The position numbers and the translations under genes were made by a program. A stretch of DNA of 64,000 bases from contig JAWOLC010000016.1 in assembly GCA_033853925.1 (NCBI GenBank), positions 16,670 through 80,669 of the forward strand. Reading direction: 5' to 3'. This DNA comes from Candidatus Eiseniibacteriota bacterium. GTDB lineage: Bacteria > Eisenbacteria > RBG-16-71-46. The stretch's first letter is position 1, and each line of letters opens with the position of its first letter. Shown one piece after another: positions 27,849 to 37,473 of this stretch. Below the pieces are notes generated by a model. It worked only from the letters and a program-made list of their open reading frames with translations, was not told the origin of the DNA and did no database searches.

Positions 27849-30539
27849 ATGTCCCCGATCCGCCCGGCGCCATCCTGCCCGGCGCGACGCGTGCTGCTCG
27901 TCGCGACCCTTGCCCTGCTCACGGCCCTTCCGGCCTGGGCTCAGGAGGGCGGGACCGGACCGGGGAGCGGCTTGAGCCCCGCCGAGCGCGAGACCCAGCG
28001 CCGCACCCTCAAGCAGCTCCAGCGGGATCTGCTCATGCAGGGCGCGCGTGGGCGCATGGCCGCCGCGCGGGCGCGGCAGCGCGAGCTGAGGAAGCACGGG
28101 GCCACGCGCGGGCAGGGCCTGCACGCGCGCAAGGCGGAGGTTTCGGACGAGGGCGGGAAGCCCCTGGACTTCGACCGGCGGGTGGTGATGGCCTCGGCCG
28201 AGAAGGCGGTGGTCGCGCCGACCAACGTGCGCGTCAACAACCCGACGGGCGACGCCAGCTCCGCGGGCCAGGCCGAGGAGAGCGTGGCCGCCCTGGGCAA
28301 CTACGTGCTCATCGCCTGGAACGACGGGCAGGGATTCACCTTCAATCCCTACCACGACCTCCAGACGGCCGGTTACTCGGTGGACGGCGGCGCGTCCTTC
28401 ACCCAGGTCACGATTCCGCACCCGTCCGCCTACCCGAACTGGTGGTGGTCGAGCGATCCGATCGTGACCGTGGACGAGAAGCGGGGCAAGTTCTACTACT
28501 GCGGCATGGGCCAGGACGTGCCCGGGCCGACCGCCCCCTCGGTCAGCGCCCTCGCGGTGGTGCCCGCCACCTTCTCGGGCTCCACCTTCACCTGGGGCAC
28601 GCCCTCCATCGTGGCCACCGTCCCCGCCGCGACGAGCTTCCTCGACAAGCCCTGGTGCGTCGCCGACTCCGTCACGGGGAACGTCTACGTCACGACCACC
28701 ACCTTCGACGCCTCGGACCACATCACCTTCTATCGCTCGACGAACCAGGCCGTCACCTGGTCGCCGGGCGTGCAGATCTCCTCGGTCGCGGAGAACGGCA
28801 CGGTCCAGGGGTCGCGCCCGGTCGTCGGCCCCGGGGGCGAGATCTACGTCGTGTGGTCGGCCATCGGCCCCTTCGACGCCGATTATCTGAATCTGCGCAA
28901 GGCGCCGAACCCCGGCTCCGGCTCGCCGTCCTGGGGCACGGAGGTCACGGTGGACAGCCTCTACGCGCAGTTCGGCACGGGCGCCCCCGGCTTCAACCGC
29001 GAGCGCGGCATCACCTTCCCCTCGATCGCCGTGGACCGCACCAAGGGCGCGAATCGCGGCCGCGTCTACGTCGCCTGGAACGAGACCTGGGACATCATCT
29101 CGGCCCCGGTGCCGCTCAACTCCGGCAAGGCCGAGGTCGAGCCGAACGGGGATCCCACCACCGCCACGCCCTTCACGCCGGGGCAGACCCTGCGCGGCTC
29201 CAGCTCCTCGACCTCGGACCTCGACTACTGGAGCTTCGCCTTGAGCGCCGGCCAGAGCATCATCGTCTGGGCGGACTCGCTGCCCCCCAGCGCCACCTAC
29301 ACCCTGCGCCTCTTCGCCCCCAGCCCCGACGCGGGGCAGCGCCTGTGCTACGGGGGCGACATCACCGCCGGGTCCAGCGTCACCCAGACCTATTACATGT
29401 TCACGGCCCCGGCCGCGGGGACCTATTACCTCCGGTACGCTCCCGTCTTCGGAAACTCGCCGATCGGCTCGTACCGGGTGAGGACCGCGTACGGCGGCGG
29501 ACCCGGCGGCTACCGGGCGCGCGACCAGCGCGACGCGTTCGTCAAGTACTCGGACAACGGCACGAGCTGGAACGGACCCCTTCGGCTGAACGACGACGGG
29601 ATCGGCTTCGACGACTTCCTGCCCGAGGTGATCGTTGGCGCGGACGGCTGCCCCTACGCCACCTGGTTCGACTTCCGCGACGACACCTACGGCTCGCGCG
29701 CGAACCAGTACGCCTCCCGTTCCCAGGATGGCGGCGCGACCTGGCAGGCGAACGCGCGCTTCACCAGCGCCACGAGCAACTTCACCACCTCGCTGAGCAA
29801 CATCGCGCCCAACCAGGGGGACTACAGCCACCTCTACGGCGACCCGCGCTACGTCCGGCCCACCTGGGCCGACGGTCGCGGGGCGAACGTGGACGTCTGG
29901 GCCACCGCCGTCGACACCTGGTTCGCCCTGGCGAGCTGCCCGCCCGCGCAGAGCGCGAACCCGAGGGACGTCCTCAACCTCACCTGGACGGTGAACAATC
30001 AGAACCCGCTCTTCCCGAGCGACTACGGCTACACGCTCACCAGCGCCCGCGCCTGGCCCCTGCCCCCGCCCGGAACGCTCCCGGGCGTGGCGGCCGCCGG
30101 CTCCGGCGACCTGAACCTCGCGGTGAGCGTGCCCGACTCCGTGGCCCTGGGCACGAACACTCTGACCTTGACGGTGACGAACGCCAGGGGCACGCGGGTC
30201 CAGCAGTGCGACGTGACGGTGAACCTGGTCACGACCCTGCTCGCGGTGGAGCCCACGGGGTACGGGCTCTCCTTCTCGCCCGCGCGTCCCAACCCGGCCT
30301 CGCGCGAGGCGCGCCTCGACTTCACCCTGCCGGGCCCGGGCCGGGTGCGCCTGGCGATCTTCGGGGTGCAGGGCGAGATCGTGCGCACGCTGGTGGACGG
30401 CGAGCGGCCGGCCGGCTCGAACAGCGTGGCCTGGGACGGACGCGACGACTCGGGCCGCGCCGTGGCGACCGGCGCCTACTTCGCCCGCCTCGAGGCCGCC
30501 GGCCGCACTCTCACCCGGCGCATCGTCTGGATGAGGTGA
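27849..30539 (+). CDS. Secreted BNR/sialidase-like beta-propeller with PPC-like insert and FlgD-like CTD (paralog of 14632..17319)
   Basis: Shared blocks GQAE, AWNDG, SDP.VTVD, DKPW, VQGSRP.VGP, APGFNR, ITFP.IAVD, RGRVYV.WNE, E.EPN, RD.RDAFV, LPEV, NQGDY, WADGR. CTD RPNP...FGVQGEIVR...WDGRD. Confidence 0.78.
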   Translation: MSPIRPAPSCPARRVLLVATLALLTALPAWAQEGGTGPGSGLSPAERETQRRTLKQLQRDLLMQGARGRMAAARARQRELRKHGATRGQGLHARKAEVSDEGGKPLDFDRRVVMASAEKAVVAPTNVRVNNPTGDASSAGQAEESVAALGNYVLIAWNDGQGFTFNPYHDLQTAGYSVDGGASFTQVTIPHPSAYPNWWWSSDPIVTVDEKRGKFYYCGMGQDVPGPTAPSVSALAVVPATFSGSTFTWGTPSIVATVPAATSFLDKPWCVADSVTGNVYVTTTTFDASDHITFYRSTNQAVTWSPGVQISSVAENGTVQGSRPVVGPGGEIYVVWSAIGPFDADYLNLRKAPNPGSGSPSWGTEVTVDSLYAQFGTGAPGFNRERGITFPSIAVDRTKGANRGRVYVAWNETWDIISAPVPLNSGKAEVEPNGDPTTATPFTPGQTLRGSSSSTSDLDYWSFALSAGQSIIVWADSLPPSATYTLRLFAPSPDAGQRLCYGGDITAGSSVTQTYYMFTAPAAGTYYLRYAPVFGNSPIGSYRVRTAYGGGPGGYRARDQRDAFVKYSDNGTSWNGPLRLNDDGIGFDDFLPEVIVGADGCPYATWFDFRDDTYGSRANQYASRSQDGGATWQANARFTSATSNFTTSLSNIAPNQGDYSHLYGDPRYVRPTWADGRGANVDVWATAVDTWFALASCPPAQSANPRDVLNLTWTVNNQNPLFPSDYGYTLTSARAWPLPPPGTLPGVAAAGSGDLNLAVSVPDSVALGTNTLTLTVTNARGTRVQQCDVTVNLVTTLLAVEPTGYGLSFSPARPNPASREARLDFTLPGPGRVRLAIFGVQGEIVRTLVDGERPAGSNSVAWDGRDDSGRAVATGAYFARLEAAGRTLTRRIVWMR

Positions 30540-30557
30540 CGGCCTCCGAGCCGCATC

Positions 30558-30596
30558 GTCGGGGCGGCGCCGCGGGCCACGTGGCGCCGCCCCGAC
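30558..30596. terminator. 14-bp perfect GC hairpin between convergent genes
   Basis: GTCGGGGCGGCGCC / GGCGCCGCCCCGAC. Confidence 0.6.
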
Positions 30597-30631
30597 TCGT
30601 GCCGGCCCGGGGCGCCGTGGCCGGGTGGCCT

Positions 30632-32350
30632 TCAGAACCTCCAGCTCACCCGGCTGTAGAGCAGCGTGCTCGGCGTGATCCCGCCGTGGTCGCGCTCGAC
30701 CGAGAGGTCCAGGTAGGCACGGCGCACGAGGGTCAGGTCCAGGTTGCCGCTCTCCCAGAGGGTGCGATCCTGGACCCCGGCGAGGGGATCACGGGTCGTG
30801 CGCACGCCGCCCGCGAGCTCCAGGCGCGCGCCCGGCAGCGGGTCGAGACCGCCGCCGAAGCTCGCCAGCCCCGTCTCGATGCCGGCGCCGCTGGCGTGGC
30901 TCAGCCGGCCGCGCAGCGCCCCGTTCAGGGGCCCGAGCTGATGGACCTCGGCCGCGCCCGACCAGCCGTTCAGCCGGTCCCCGTTGGCGATGGCGCTCGT
31001 GCGCGCGTCCCCGCTCAGGCGCACGCGCGGGGCCAGCTCCAGCGAGAGCCCGCCCCAGGCGCCCTCGCGGTAGCGGTCGTCGAATTCCGTCTCCGGCGTG
31101 ACCCGGTCGCGGTAGAGCCGCACGTTGCGCCGGTTGTCGTAGCCGCCGTTCAGCCACAGCGAAGGCGTCAGCTTCAGGCTCGCGGTCATGAACGTGCTCG
31201 TGGCCGAGAGCGTGGGCTCCCCGAGCGCCCGCTTCCAGCCGCGGTTCAGGTCCAGCTCCTGCGCCCCGAATACGGAGAGACGCGGGTCGAGGTAGAAGAG
31301 CTGGGCGAAGGCGAAGTCGCGGTTGGTGGTGCCGGCCTGCACCGAGGACACCGCGCCGCCGGCCAGCGACCAGCGTCGCGCCGAGCCGGCCGGCTGGTGC
31401 CACTCCAGGTACCCGCCGCCCTCGACGATGCTGCTCGACAGCCCGAGGCGCAGCGGATCGGGCTGGGCGCCGCTGAAGAGCCCGGTGTTCCAGCGCGCCC
31501 CCCGGGACTCGACCAGGGCGCCGTCGAAGAGGCTGACGGGTGACAGCGAGGGTGAGCTCTGCCGGCCGACGGTGACCAGGTAGCGCCCCGACGGATCGTG
31601 CGCCGAGAGGCTGAAGCGGTAGACACGCGTGAGATCCTCGGTCACCGTTCCGCCCGCCGCCCGCTGGAAGCTCGTCCACCGCCCGCGCAGATCGAAGGAG
31701 ACCGTGAGCGGCGAGCCGGCCAGAGGCGATCCGTCCAGGGTCAGGTCCAGGGCGGGCTGGCTCAGACGTCCGCCGCCCTGCGTGTCGAGGCTGAGGAGTC
31801 CCACGCCCACGCGGCCGTGGAGGCGTCCGCTCGGCGAAGCTCGCCGCGGCGTGGCCGGGGCGATGGGGGGAGCGGGAGCGCCAGCCGTCCGCGAGGTGTC
31901 GGGGGCGGGCACGACGGCGGCCGCGGCAGGGACCGGCGCGACGGGGGGCGCCTCCCGAGCGCTGAAGCGAACCGTGTCACCCACCTGCACGGCCGCGAAG
32001 GTGCGCAGCGTGTCGCACGCCGCCCGATGCGAGGAGAGGAACGCCGCGCGGAGCCAGGCGATCGTCCGCCCCTCGCGCACCACCAGCAACGAATCGCCTT
32101 CGCCCAGGCCCTCGAGCCTGCCGGCCTCCACGTAGACCGAGCCGCCGGCGAGGTAGCTGACGCGGGTCGTGGCCGCGCCCGCTCGGGCAGTGAGCGCCAG
32201 CGCCCCCGCGAGCGCCACCGCGACCCCGAGGCCCGACGCCGACGCGCGCCACCTGCCCGTGCCGCCTGCGCGCGCGGCGGCGCCTCCGCCGGCCCTGCGC
32301 CCTCGGGCCTCCCACGCGCTTCCCGCGGGGGCCGTCGCAGTCCTGATCAT
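30632..32350 (-). CDS. Outer-membrane beta-barrel (putative porin of a porin-cytochrome complex) with N-terminal soluble domain
   Basis: Signal peptide; N-terminal VSYLAGGSVYVEAG...GDSL domain; Pro-rich linker; alternating beta-strand pattern; C-terminal SRVSWRF. GGAGG RBS. Confidence 0.75.
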   Translation of the reverse strand: MIRTATAPAGSAWEARGRRAGGGAAARAGGTGRWRASASGLGVAVALAGALALTARAGAATTRVSYLAGGSVYVEAGRLEGLGEGDSLLVVREGRTIAWLRAAFLSSHRAACDTLRTFAAVQVGDTVRFSAREAPPVAPVPAAAAVVPAPDTSRTAGAPAPPIAPATPRRASPSGRLHGRVGVGLLSLDTQGGGRLSQPALDLTLDGSPLAGSPLTVSFDLRGRWTSFQRAAGGTVTEDLTRVYRFSLSAHDPSGRYLVTVGRQSSPSLSPVSLFDGALVESRGARWNTGLFSGAQPDPLRLGLSSSIVEGGGYLEWHQPAGSARRWSLAGGAVSSVQAGTTNRDFAFAQLFYLDPRLSVFGAQELDLNRGWKRALGEPTLSATSTFMTASLKLTPSLWLNGGYDNRRNVRLYRDRVTPETEFDDRYREGAWGGLSLELAPRVRLSGDARTSAIANGDRLNGWSGAAEVHQLGPLNGALRGRLSHASGAGIETGLASFGGGLDPLPGARLELAGGVRTTRDPLAGVQDRTLWESGNLDLTLVRRAYLDLSVERDHGGITPSTLLYSRVSWRF

Positions 32351-32387
32351 GGCTCCTCCCGGAGAGGCCTTCCCGCCCACATCGTGA

Positions 32388-33749
32388 TCATCCCCCGACC
32401 GAGCCGGTCGGATGGCACCGGTAGCAGGCGTTGCTGTCGTAGGTGTAGCCCGCGACGCTGCTGTGGTTCTGATCCGTCGTGGCCTGGGGGTGGCAGCCTC
32501 CGGGCAGGCAGCTGAACGCCGCGAAGTTGGTCGAGACCGTGTGACAGGTCGAGCAGGTGAGGCCTGAATGCGCCCCCGAGGTGATGGGGAACCAGGTGTG
32601 GTCGAAGGTGGCTCCGGCCCAGCTCGTGGTGTTGTGGCAGGTGGCGCAGGTCGTGGGGAAGCCGGCGGCGGCGTGGTTGGGATCGGCGGTCGCGTTGTAC
32701 TGGGCCTGGTGGCACGAGTAGCAGTCGGTGGCGAGCGTCATCTGCCACGGCGTGCCGTGGCACGTCACGCAGGCCACCGAGAGGTGCGCCCCCGTGAGGG
32801 GGAAGGGCGTCGTCGAGTGATCGAAGCTGCCGCTGCCCCAGGTGCCGGTCGAGTGGCAGGTGGCGCACGTCGTCGGGATCCCCGCGGCCGCGTGCGGGGG
32901 GCTCGTCGTGGCGTTGTACTGCGCCAGGTGGCAGGAGTAGCAGTCGCTGGCCGGCCTCGTCTGCCAGGGCGTTCCATGGCAGGACGAGCAGGCGACCGAG
33001 AGGTGGGCTCCGGTGAGCGGGAAGCCGGTGGCCGAGTGGTCGAAGCGGGCCGGCCCCCAGGCGATGGCGTTGTGGCACTGCGTGCAGTCCGTGGAGATGC
33101 CGGCCGCCGCATGGGCCGGAGTCGTCGTCGCGGCGAAGTCGGCGCGGTGACAGCCGTAGCAGTCGGCGATCGTGGCCACGAACTGCATGTGCCCCTGCGC
33201 CGCCGGCTGGTGGCAGGCTTCGCAGTCGAGCCCCGCGTGCGCCCCCGCGAGCGGGAAGCGCGTGGTCTGGTGCAGGCGCACCATCATGTCCCGGTCCAGG
33301 AACGAGCGGGCCGTGTGGCAGCGCCCGCAATCCGCGCCGAACTCGCCGCGGTGCGGGTCCTCGTGGCACGAGCTGCACATCGGCTTCTGCAGGGTGAAGT
33401 CGAGCGTCGCGTGACAGGCCGTGCAGGGCACCGAGGCGTGCGCCCCGGTCAAGGCGAAGCGGGACCTCGTCGCCTTGGCGTGGTCGAAGCGCGGGCCGAT
33501 CTGCGCCGGCTTCCAGCCCTGATCGCCATGGCACATGGAGCAGTCGCCCTGGTAGTTCCCGTGCGGGTAGGGCGGCTCCTCGGCAGCGACCGCCACGAGG
33601 GCCAGCGTCACGGGCAGGAGCGCCGCGAGCAGAACGGCCGGAAACGCGCTTCCCGGCTCGCCCTGCGGGCCGACGCCACGCGGGAGCCCCGGCAGCCACG
33701 GCGGGGACGCTCCGAGCTTCGGGGTCGGATGGAATGCGGATCGCTTCAT
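32388..33749 (-). CDS. Periplasmic multiheme c-type cytochrome (15 CxxCH + 1 CX4CH)
   Basis: Motifs counted by eye in the C-terminal 453 aa of ORF 32388..35717. Hydrophobic leader. Repeating FDH...FPLTGAH unit. Confidence 0.9.
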   Translation of the reverse strand: MKRSAFHPTPKLGASPPWLPGLPRGVGPQGEPGSAFPAVLLAALLPVTLALVAVAAEEPPYPHGNYQGDCSMCHGDQGWKPAQIGPRFDHAKATRSRFALTGAHASVPCTACHATLDFTLQKPMCSSCHEDPHRGEFGADCGRCHTARSFLDRDMMVRLHQTTRFPLAGAHAGLDCEACHQPAAQGHMQFVATIADCYGCHRADFAATTTPAHAAAGISTDCTQCHNAIAWGPARFDHSATGFPLTGAHLSVACSSCHGTPWQTRPASDCYSCHLAQYNATTSPPHAAAGIPTTCATCHSTGTWGSGSFDHSTTPFPLTGAHLSVACVTCHGTPWQMTLATDCYSCHQAQYNATADPNHAAAGFPTTCATCHNTTSWAGATFDHTWFPITSGAHSGLTCSTCHTVSTNFAAFSCLPGGCHPQATTDQNHSSVAGYTYDSNACYRCHPTGSVGG

Positions 33750-33766
33750 GGCGGGCCTCCGGGCGA

Positions 33767-36004
33767 TCAGGAGCTCTTGGGGCTCGGGCGAGTGGTGACG
33801 GCCGGACCCTTGGGCGTCTGCCGCACCGCGTGGCAGTCCTCGCAGCGCTCCGGGGTCGGCCGGTAGAGGGCGTAAGCGCGCCCCGCGGCGTCGCGGGCGG
33901 TCGGATGGCAGGCGCCACAGGCCACGCGGGCGTGGGCGCCGCGCAGGTGGAAGGCGGCGTCCCGCTCGTGATCGAAGCGGCCCGCGGGGGCGAACGCCTG
34001 CAGGTCGTGGCAAGCCTCGCAGGCGTCGCCGGGCAGGCCGGCACGCGTGGCCGGGCGACCCGCGAACTGCGCGCCGTGGGGGCTCGCGTGGCAGTCGGCG
34101 CAGCCGGTCGGCAGCGCGGTCACGAACAGGGCGGGCACGGCGGCGTCCCTGAGGCTCGAGGCGGCCCGCGGCGCGGCGAGGTCCTTGTGGCAGGCCAGGC
34201 AGGGCACGGCGCGGTGGGCGCCCTCGAGCGCGAAGCCGTAACCCGAGTGGTCGCTCACCCCGATCGTGGCCGGCGAGAAGGCGGCCAGCGAGTGGCAGGC
34301 GCGGCAGCCTTCGGCCTGCGGCCGCGCGCCGCCGGGGGAGTAGCGGCCCCGATGCGGGTCCGCGTGGCAGTCCGTGCAGCCCGCCGGCGTCTCGGCCACG
34401 AACAGGGCGGGCTCCGCCGCGCCCTTGAGGCTCGAGGCGGGGCGGGGCGAGTCCAGGTCGGAGTGACAGGAGCGGCAGGCGGCGGCGAGGTGCGCGCCCT
34501 CCAGGGCGAAGCCGAGCCGGGCGTGGCTGGCGGCGGTGACGGTGGAGGGCACGAACCGGTCCAGCGTGTGGCAGGCGCGGCACCCTCCGGCCTGCGCCCG
34601 GGCGCCGCCCGCCGCGTACCGGCCCCGATGCGGATCGGCGTGGCAGTCGGCACACTGCGCGTGCGGCGGCCGCAGCAGGACGCGCGAGGTCCCGAGCCCG
34701 GCCTCGGCGCTCCGGAGGTGGCAGCTCGCGCAGGCCGCGCTCGCGTGCCGGCCTTCGAGCGGGTAGGCAGTCGTCTGGTGCGCGGCGGCCGTGAAGGTCG
34801 AGGGCGTCCAGCCGCGCTCGTCGTGGCAGGCGGCGCAGTCGGCGGCTCGCCCGGCCAGCGTGGCTTGCCCGGCGTGCGCGTCGGGATGGCAGGCCGCGCA
34901 GCGCTCGAAGGGCGGCTTCTCGCCCCAGGCGGTCTTGGGGTCGTGGCAGCGGGCGCACGCCAGGGTGGCGTGCTTGCCGCGCAGGGCGAAGCGCGTGCGG
35001 TCGTGGTCGAAGTCGCGCTGGTTCACGTCGTGGAAGCCGGTCGTGACGTGGCAGCGGGCGCACGCCCCGGTGAACCGACCGGCGTGCGGGTCGCGATGGC
35101 AGGAGGCGCAGTCGGCGTGGGCCACGGGGGCGAAGCGCAACGAGCCGTACGCGGCGACGGACGCGGCGCCCCGGCCCACCGCGGCGGCGAGCTTCGCGGC
35201 CGGATGGCACGCCGAGCAGGCCAGAGAGACGTGCTTGCCCGTGAGCGGGTAGCGGGTCCTGGCGTGATCGAACCCCGGCGCGGGCTTCCACTTCTCCTGG
35301 TCGTGGCAGCGCCGGCAGTCGGCGCCTTCCTCGCCCCCATGCGGATCCTCGTGGCACGAGCCGCAGGGGGTCTCCAGGCCGAGCCACGAGCGCGCGTGAT
35401 CTTCCTGCCGGATGAGAGGAGCGGCGCCCGACTTCTGGAAGCGCGGCGCATGGCACTGCCGGCAGGCGAGGGAGGCATGCCGGCCCTCGAGCGAGAAGCC
35501 CGCCCGCCGGTGGTCGAAGCGCTGGGGGGAGCCTTCGTCCCAGCGCACGAGCTGGAAGCCGCGCCCGGCGTGCTCGGGGTGGCACTTCGCGCAGGCGGTG
35601 GTCCCGACGCGCGCGTGGAGGCCGCGCCCGCGCACGCGCAGCCAGCCGATCTCGGTGTGACAGGCGAGACACTTGGCGTCCACCACTCCGGCCCCACTGG
35701 CGTGGCACTGGAAGCACTGCGTGGCCCCGTCGAGGGCGCGATGCGCCTCGGCCAACGGCCCCGGCGAGAGCTGGGCGCGCGCCGGCGCGGCGGCGAGGAC
35801 GGCCGTGAGCGACAGGACCGCGAGCGCGGCGCTGCCGCGGGGGCCGATGGCCAGAGGGCGATGCCTGCGCAGCGGCGGAGCCAGGGATGGTGGAGCCGTG
35901 CTGGCGCAGCCCGAGCGAGACGTGCGGCAGGGACTGCCGCAGTCGAGCGTGCGCCCGGAGGCCATCGGCTCCGCGGTCCCGCGCTCGCGGCCCGGGATCG
36001 TCAT
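33767..36004 (-). CDS. Large periplasmic multiheme c-type cytochrome (23 CxxCH)
   Basis: 23 CxxCH counted by eye. Leader ending ARA-QLSPGPL. ATG 36004 overlaps the upstream TGA (alternative start 35965). Confidence 0.92.
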   Translation of the reverse strand: MTIPGRERGTAEPMASGRTLDCGSPCRTSRSGCASTAPPSLAPPLRRHRPLAIGPRGSAALAVLSLTAVLAAAPARAQLSPGPLAEAHRALDGATQCFQCHASGAGVVDAKCLACHTEIGWLRVRGRGLHARVGTTACAKCHPEHAGRGFQLVRWDEGSPQRFDHRRAGFSLEGRHASLACRQCHAPRFQKSGAAPLIRQEDHARSWLGLETPCGSCHEDPHGGEEGADCRRCHDQEKWKPAPGFDHARTRYPLTGKHVSLACSACHPAAKLAAAVGRGAASVAAYGSLRFAPVAHADCASCHRDPHAGRFTGACARCHVTTGFHDVNQRDFDHDRTRFALRGKHATLACARCHDPKTAWGEKPPFERCAACHPDAHAGQATLAGRAADCAACHDERGWTPSTFTAAAHQTTAYPLEGRHASAACASCHLRSAEAGLGTSRVLLRPPHAQCADCHADPHRGRYAAGGARAQAGGCRACHTLDRFVPSTVTAASHARLGFALEGAHLAAACRSCHSDLDSPRPASSLKGAAEPALFVAETPAGCTDCHADPHRGRYSPGGARPQAEGCRACHSLAAFSPATIGVSDHSGYGFALEGAHRAVPCLACHKDLAAPRAASSLRDAAVPALFVTALPTGCADCHASPHGAQFAGRPATRAGLPGDACEACHDLQAFAPAGRFDHERDAAFHLRGAHARVACGACHPTARDAAGRAYALYRPTPERCEDCHAVRQTPKGPAVTTRPSPKSS

Positions 36005-37470
36005 CCGGCGCTCCGCTGGGCGCCCGTCTCGATGGCGATCTCCTTGGTCACCATGCGCACGCCGCAGCGCTCGAGGAAGGGGTAGGGCGGCTCGCCGCCG
36101 ATGCGGATCACCACGTAGTCGTTGGGCAGGAGCCGCGGCTCGCCGGCGCAGTCCAGGGCCACGACCCCCGGCCGGATCTCGAGCACCCGGCTCTCCAGCA
36201 GCACTTCCACGCGCCCCGCCGCCCGCGCCGCCTCCAGCTTCTCGCGGTTGCGCTCCTTGACCCGCCCGAATTCCTGCCCGCGGTAGGACAGGACCACCGT
36301 CGTGTCGGGCTGGCTCGCCAGTCCCACCGCCGACTCGATCGCGCTGTCGCCCCCGCCTACGACCAGCATGCGGCAGCCCACGAAGGCCTCCATCTCGACG
36401 ATGTCGTAGAGGGCCTTCTCCAGCTCCTCGCCCGGCACCCCCAGCCGGCGCGGCGTGCCCCGACGCCCCATCGCCAGCACCACCTTGCGCGCCTGGTACT
36501 CGGTCCCGGGCGTGCGCAGGCGGAAGAGCACTCCGTCACGCGCCAGCGCCTCGACGCGCTCGCCGGTGTGCACGTTCAGCTGGGCCCGCGCAATCACCGC
36601 CTCCCACACCCGCAGCAGCTCCTCCTTCGAGGCGTCCGCGACCCAGAGGTTGCCGTAGAGCTGCACCCGCGTCGGTTCCGCGAGGAGGAGCTTGCGGCGC
36701 GGGTACTTGCGGATCGTGTCGGAGATCGAGCCCTGCTCGAGCACCACGCAGCGCAGGCCGAGCCGTCTCGCCTCCAGCGCCGCCGACAGCCCGGCGGGCC
36801 CCGAGCCCACCACGACCAGCTCGTAGGGGCCGGGCTCTTCCCGCTCGAGGGACGGAGGGAGCGGCGGGCCCGGCGGTCGCCCGCGCTCGGCGGCGAGGGT
36901 CTGCGCCACGTGCTCGACGGCGATCCGGCCCTCGTTGATCGCGTTCTTGATGAGCCCTCGCCCGCCCAGCTCGCCGACGATGTAGAGCCCGGGCACGTTC
37001 GTCTGGAAGTTGGCGTCCACCTCGGGCACCTCGAGGCGCTGGACCGCGGCGCCCGTGGCCATCACGATCGCCCCGACGGGGCAGGCGGGTGCGCACAGCC
37101 CGTGGCGCTGGCAGACGTCCAGGTTCACGAGCGCCCGATGGTCCACGAGGCGGAGCGCGCCGGGCTCGGGGCAGGCCGCGACGCAGGTGCCGCAGCCCAC
37201 GCACACGTCCGCCCGCACGATGGGGTGGGGCCTCGCTCCCGAATCCGGGACCGCCGTCGGGTCCACGACCGGCGCGGTGACCAGCTCGAAGGCCTGGAGG
37301 GGAACGCCGCAGGCCGGGCAGAATTCCGCGCCCGCCGCGATCGCGGCCGAGCAGCGCGGACAGGTCCGCGCCACGGGCGGGTCCTGACCCGAGCGCGAGC
37401 GGCGCACGTGCCACCAGGCCAGGAGCACGGTGAGGGCCAGGAAGGCCAGGGTCGTGACGAGCATGCCCAT
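36001..37470 (-). CDS. Membrane-anchored Zn-ribbon + 2x[4Fe-4S] + FAD/NAD(P)H-binding thioredoxin-reductase-like oxidoreductase
   Basis: N-terminal TM; CPRC/CPAC; CVGCGTCVAACP and CQRHGLCAPACP; VVGSGPAGL; VVGGGDSA followed by SYRG. No catalytic CxxC in the reductase domain. Confidence 0.88.
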   Translation of the reverse strand: MGMLVTTLAFLALTVLLAWWHVRRSRSGQDPPVARTCPRCSAAIAAGAEFCPACGVPLQAFELVTAPVVDPTAVPDSGARPHPIVRADVCVGCGTCVAACPEPGALRLVDHRALVNLDVCQRHGLCAPACPVGAIVMATGAAVQRLEVPEVDANFQTNVPGLYIVGELGGRGLIKNAINEGRIAVEHVAQTLAAERGRPPGPPLPPSLEREEPGPYELVVVGSGPAGLSAALEARRLGLRCVVLEQGSISDTIRKYPRRKLLLAEPTRVQLYGNLWVADASKEELLRVWEAVIARAQLNVHTGERVEALARDGVLFRLRTPGTEYQARKVVLAMGRRGTPRRLGVPGEELEKALYDIVEMEAFVGCRMLVVGGGDSAIESAVGLASQPDTTVVLSYRGQEFGRVKERNREKLEAARAAGRVEVLLESRVLEIRPGVVALDCAGEPRLLPNDYVVIRIGGEPPYPFLERCGVRMVTKEIAIETGAQRSAG

Positions 37471-37473
37471 GGC

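Noticed and set aside
32388-35717. A single 1109-aa cytochrome
   Set aside because: The first 656 codons are a shadow frame over the 23-heme gene. The heme motifs and leader begin at ATG 33749.
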